From positions 1 through 5,654 of the forward strand of contig JAHQXC010000077.1 of NCBI GenBank assembly GCA_029856525.1: a stretch of 5,654 nt of DNA, in the 5' to 3' direction. Below are positions 5,544 to 5,654 of this stretch, piece by piece. Both the position numbers and the translations under genes were made by a program. Under the pieces are notes generated by a model. The model saw nothing but the letters and a program-made list of their open reading frames with translations. It made no database searches and was not told the DNA's origin. Source of the DNA: Candidatus Odinarchaeia archaeon (GTDB lineage Archaea > Asgardarchaeota > Odinarchaeia > Odinarchaeales > Odinarchaeaceae). Within the stretch, counting starts at the first letter, position 1; every line of letters starts with the position of its first letter.

Positions 5544-5654
5544 ATGGGTGTGTATGATCTGGTGATTTTAGGTGCTGGTTCCGCTGGTTTCGCGGCTGCG
5601 ATTAAAGCTTCGGAGCTTGGTAAGAGATTTGCGGTGGTTGAGAGCGGGGTGATA
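5544..5654 (+). CDS. merA: Pyridine nucleotide-disulfide oxidoreductase, most like mercuric reductase MerA (5' partial; runs off the right edge)
   Basis: MGVYDLVILGAGSAGFAAAIKASELGKRFAVVESGVI: FAD-binding GxGxxG followed by FAAAIKAxELG and E-x-G-x-I, which in MerA directly precedes GGTCVNVGC. Dihydrolipoamide dehydrogenases usually read GPGGYVAAIRAAQLG here. Only 37 codons are visible, so the symbol is provisional. Confidence 0.55.
   Translation, partial: MGVYDLVILGAGSAGFAAAIKASELGKRFAVVESGVI

Noticed and set aside
3570-5654. Integrated provirus or element with an att duplication of the tRNA 3' end
   Set aside because: No copy of the tRNA 3' sequence, no integrase and no transposase are visible in this window. 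One could lie further downstream.
5544-5654. Dihydrolipoamide dehydrogenase (glycine cleavage L protein) partnering gcvT
   Set aside because: The N-terminus GSAGFAAAIKASELG fits MerA better than the Lpd pattern GPGGYVAAIRAAQLG. It is not fully excluded with only 37 codons.

Overview
Archaeal-type DNA, judged from GGTG(A/G) ribosome-binding sites, BRE/TATA promoters and an archaeal tRNA-Leu. The left part is a folate/one-carbon neighbourhood. An LCM-family SAM-dependent methyltransferase (runs off the left edge, not in the ORF track) and gcvT lie on the minus strand. They diverge from an archaeal-type dihydropteroate synthase (folP) and an atypical SDR that lacks YxxxK. Next is a tRNA-Leu(CAG) gene whose variable region is 18 nt too long. 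It is best explained by an intron inside the variable arm, with a relaxed bulge-helix-bulge motif. Downstream is an AT-rich, accessory-looking segment: a PD-(D/E)XK-like nuclease with a DUF5655-like C-terminal domain, about 700 bp of non-coding DNA with palindromes and a possible decayed VOC/glyoxalase gene, and the first 37 codons of a MerA-like flavin disulfide reductase. Third-codon-position composition becomes almost purely A/C approaching the tRNA and flips to G/T on the far side of the accessory segment. The best-supported unusual feature is the variable-arm tRNA intron. No complete novel multi-gene system can be demonstrated from the sequence alone.
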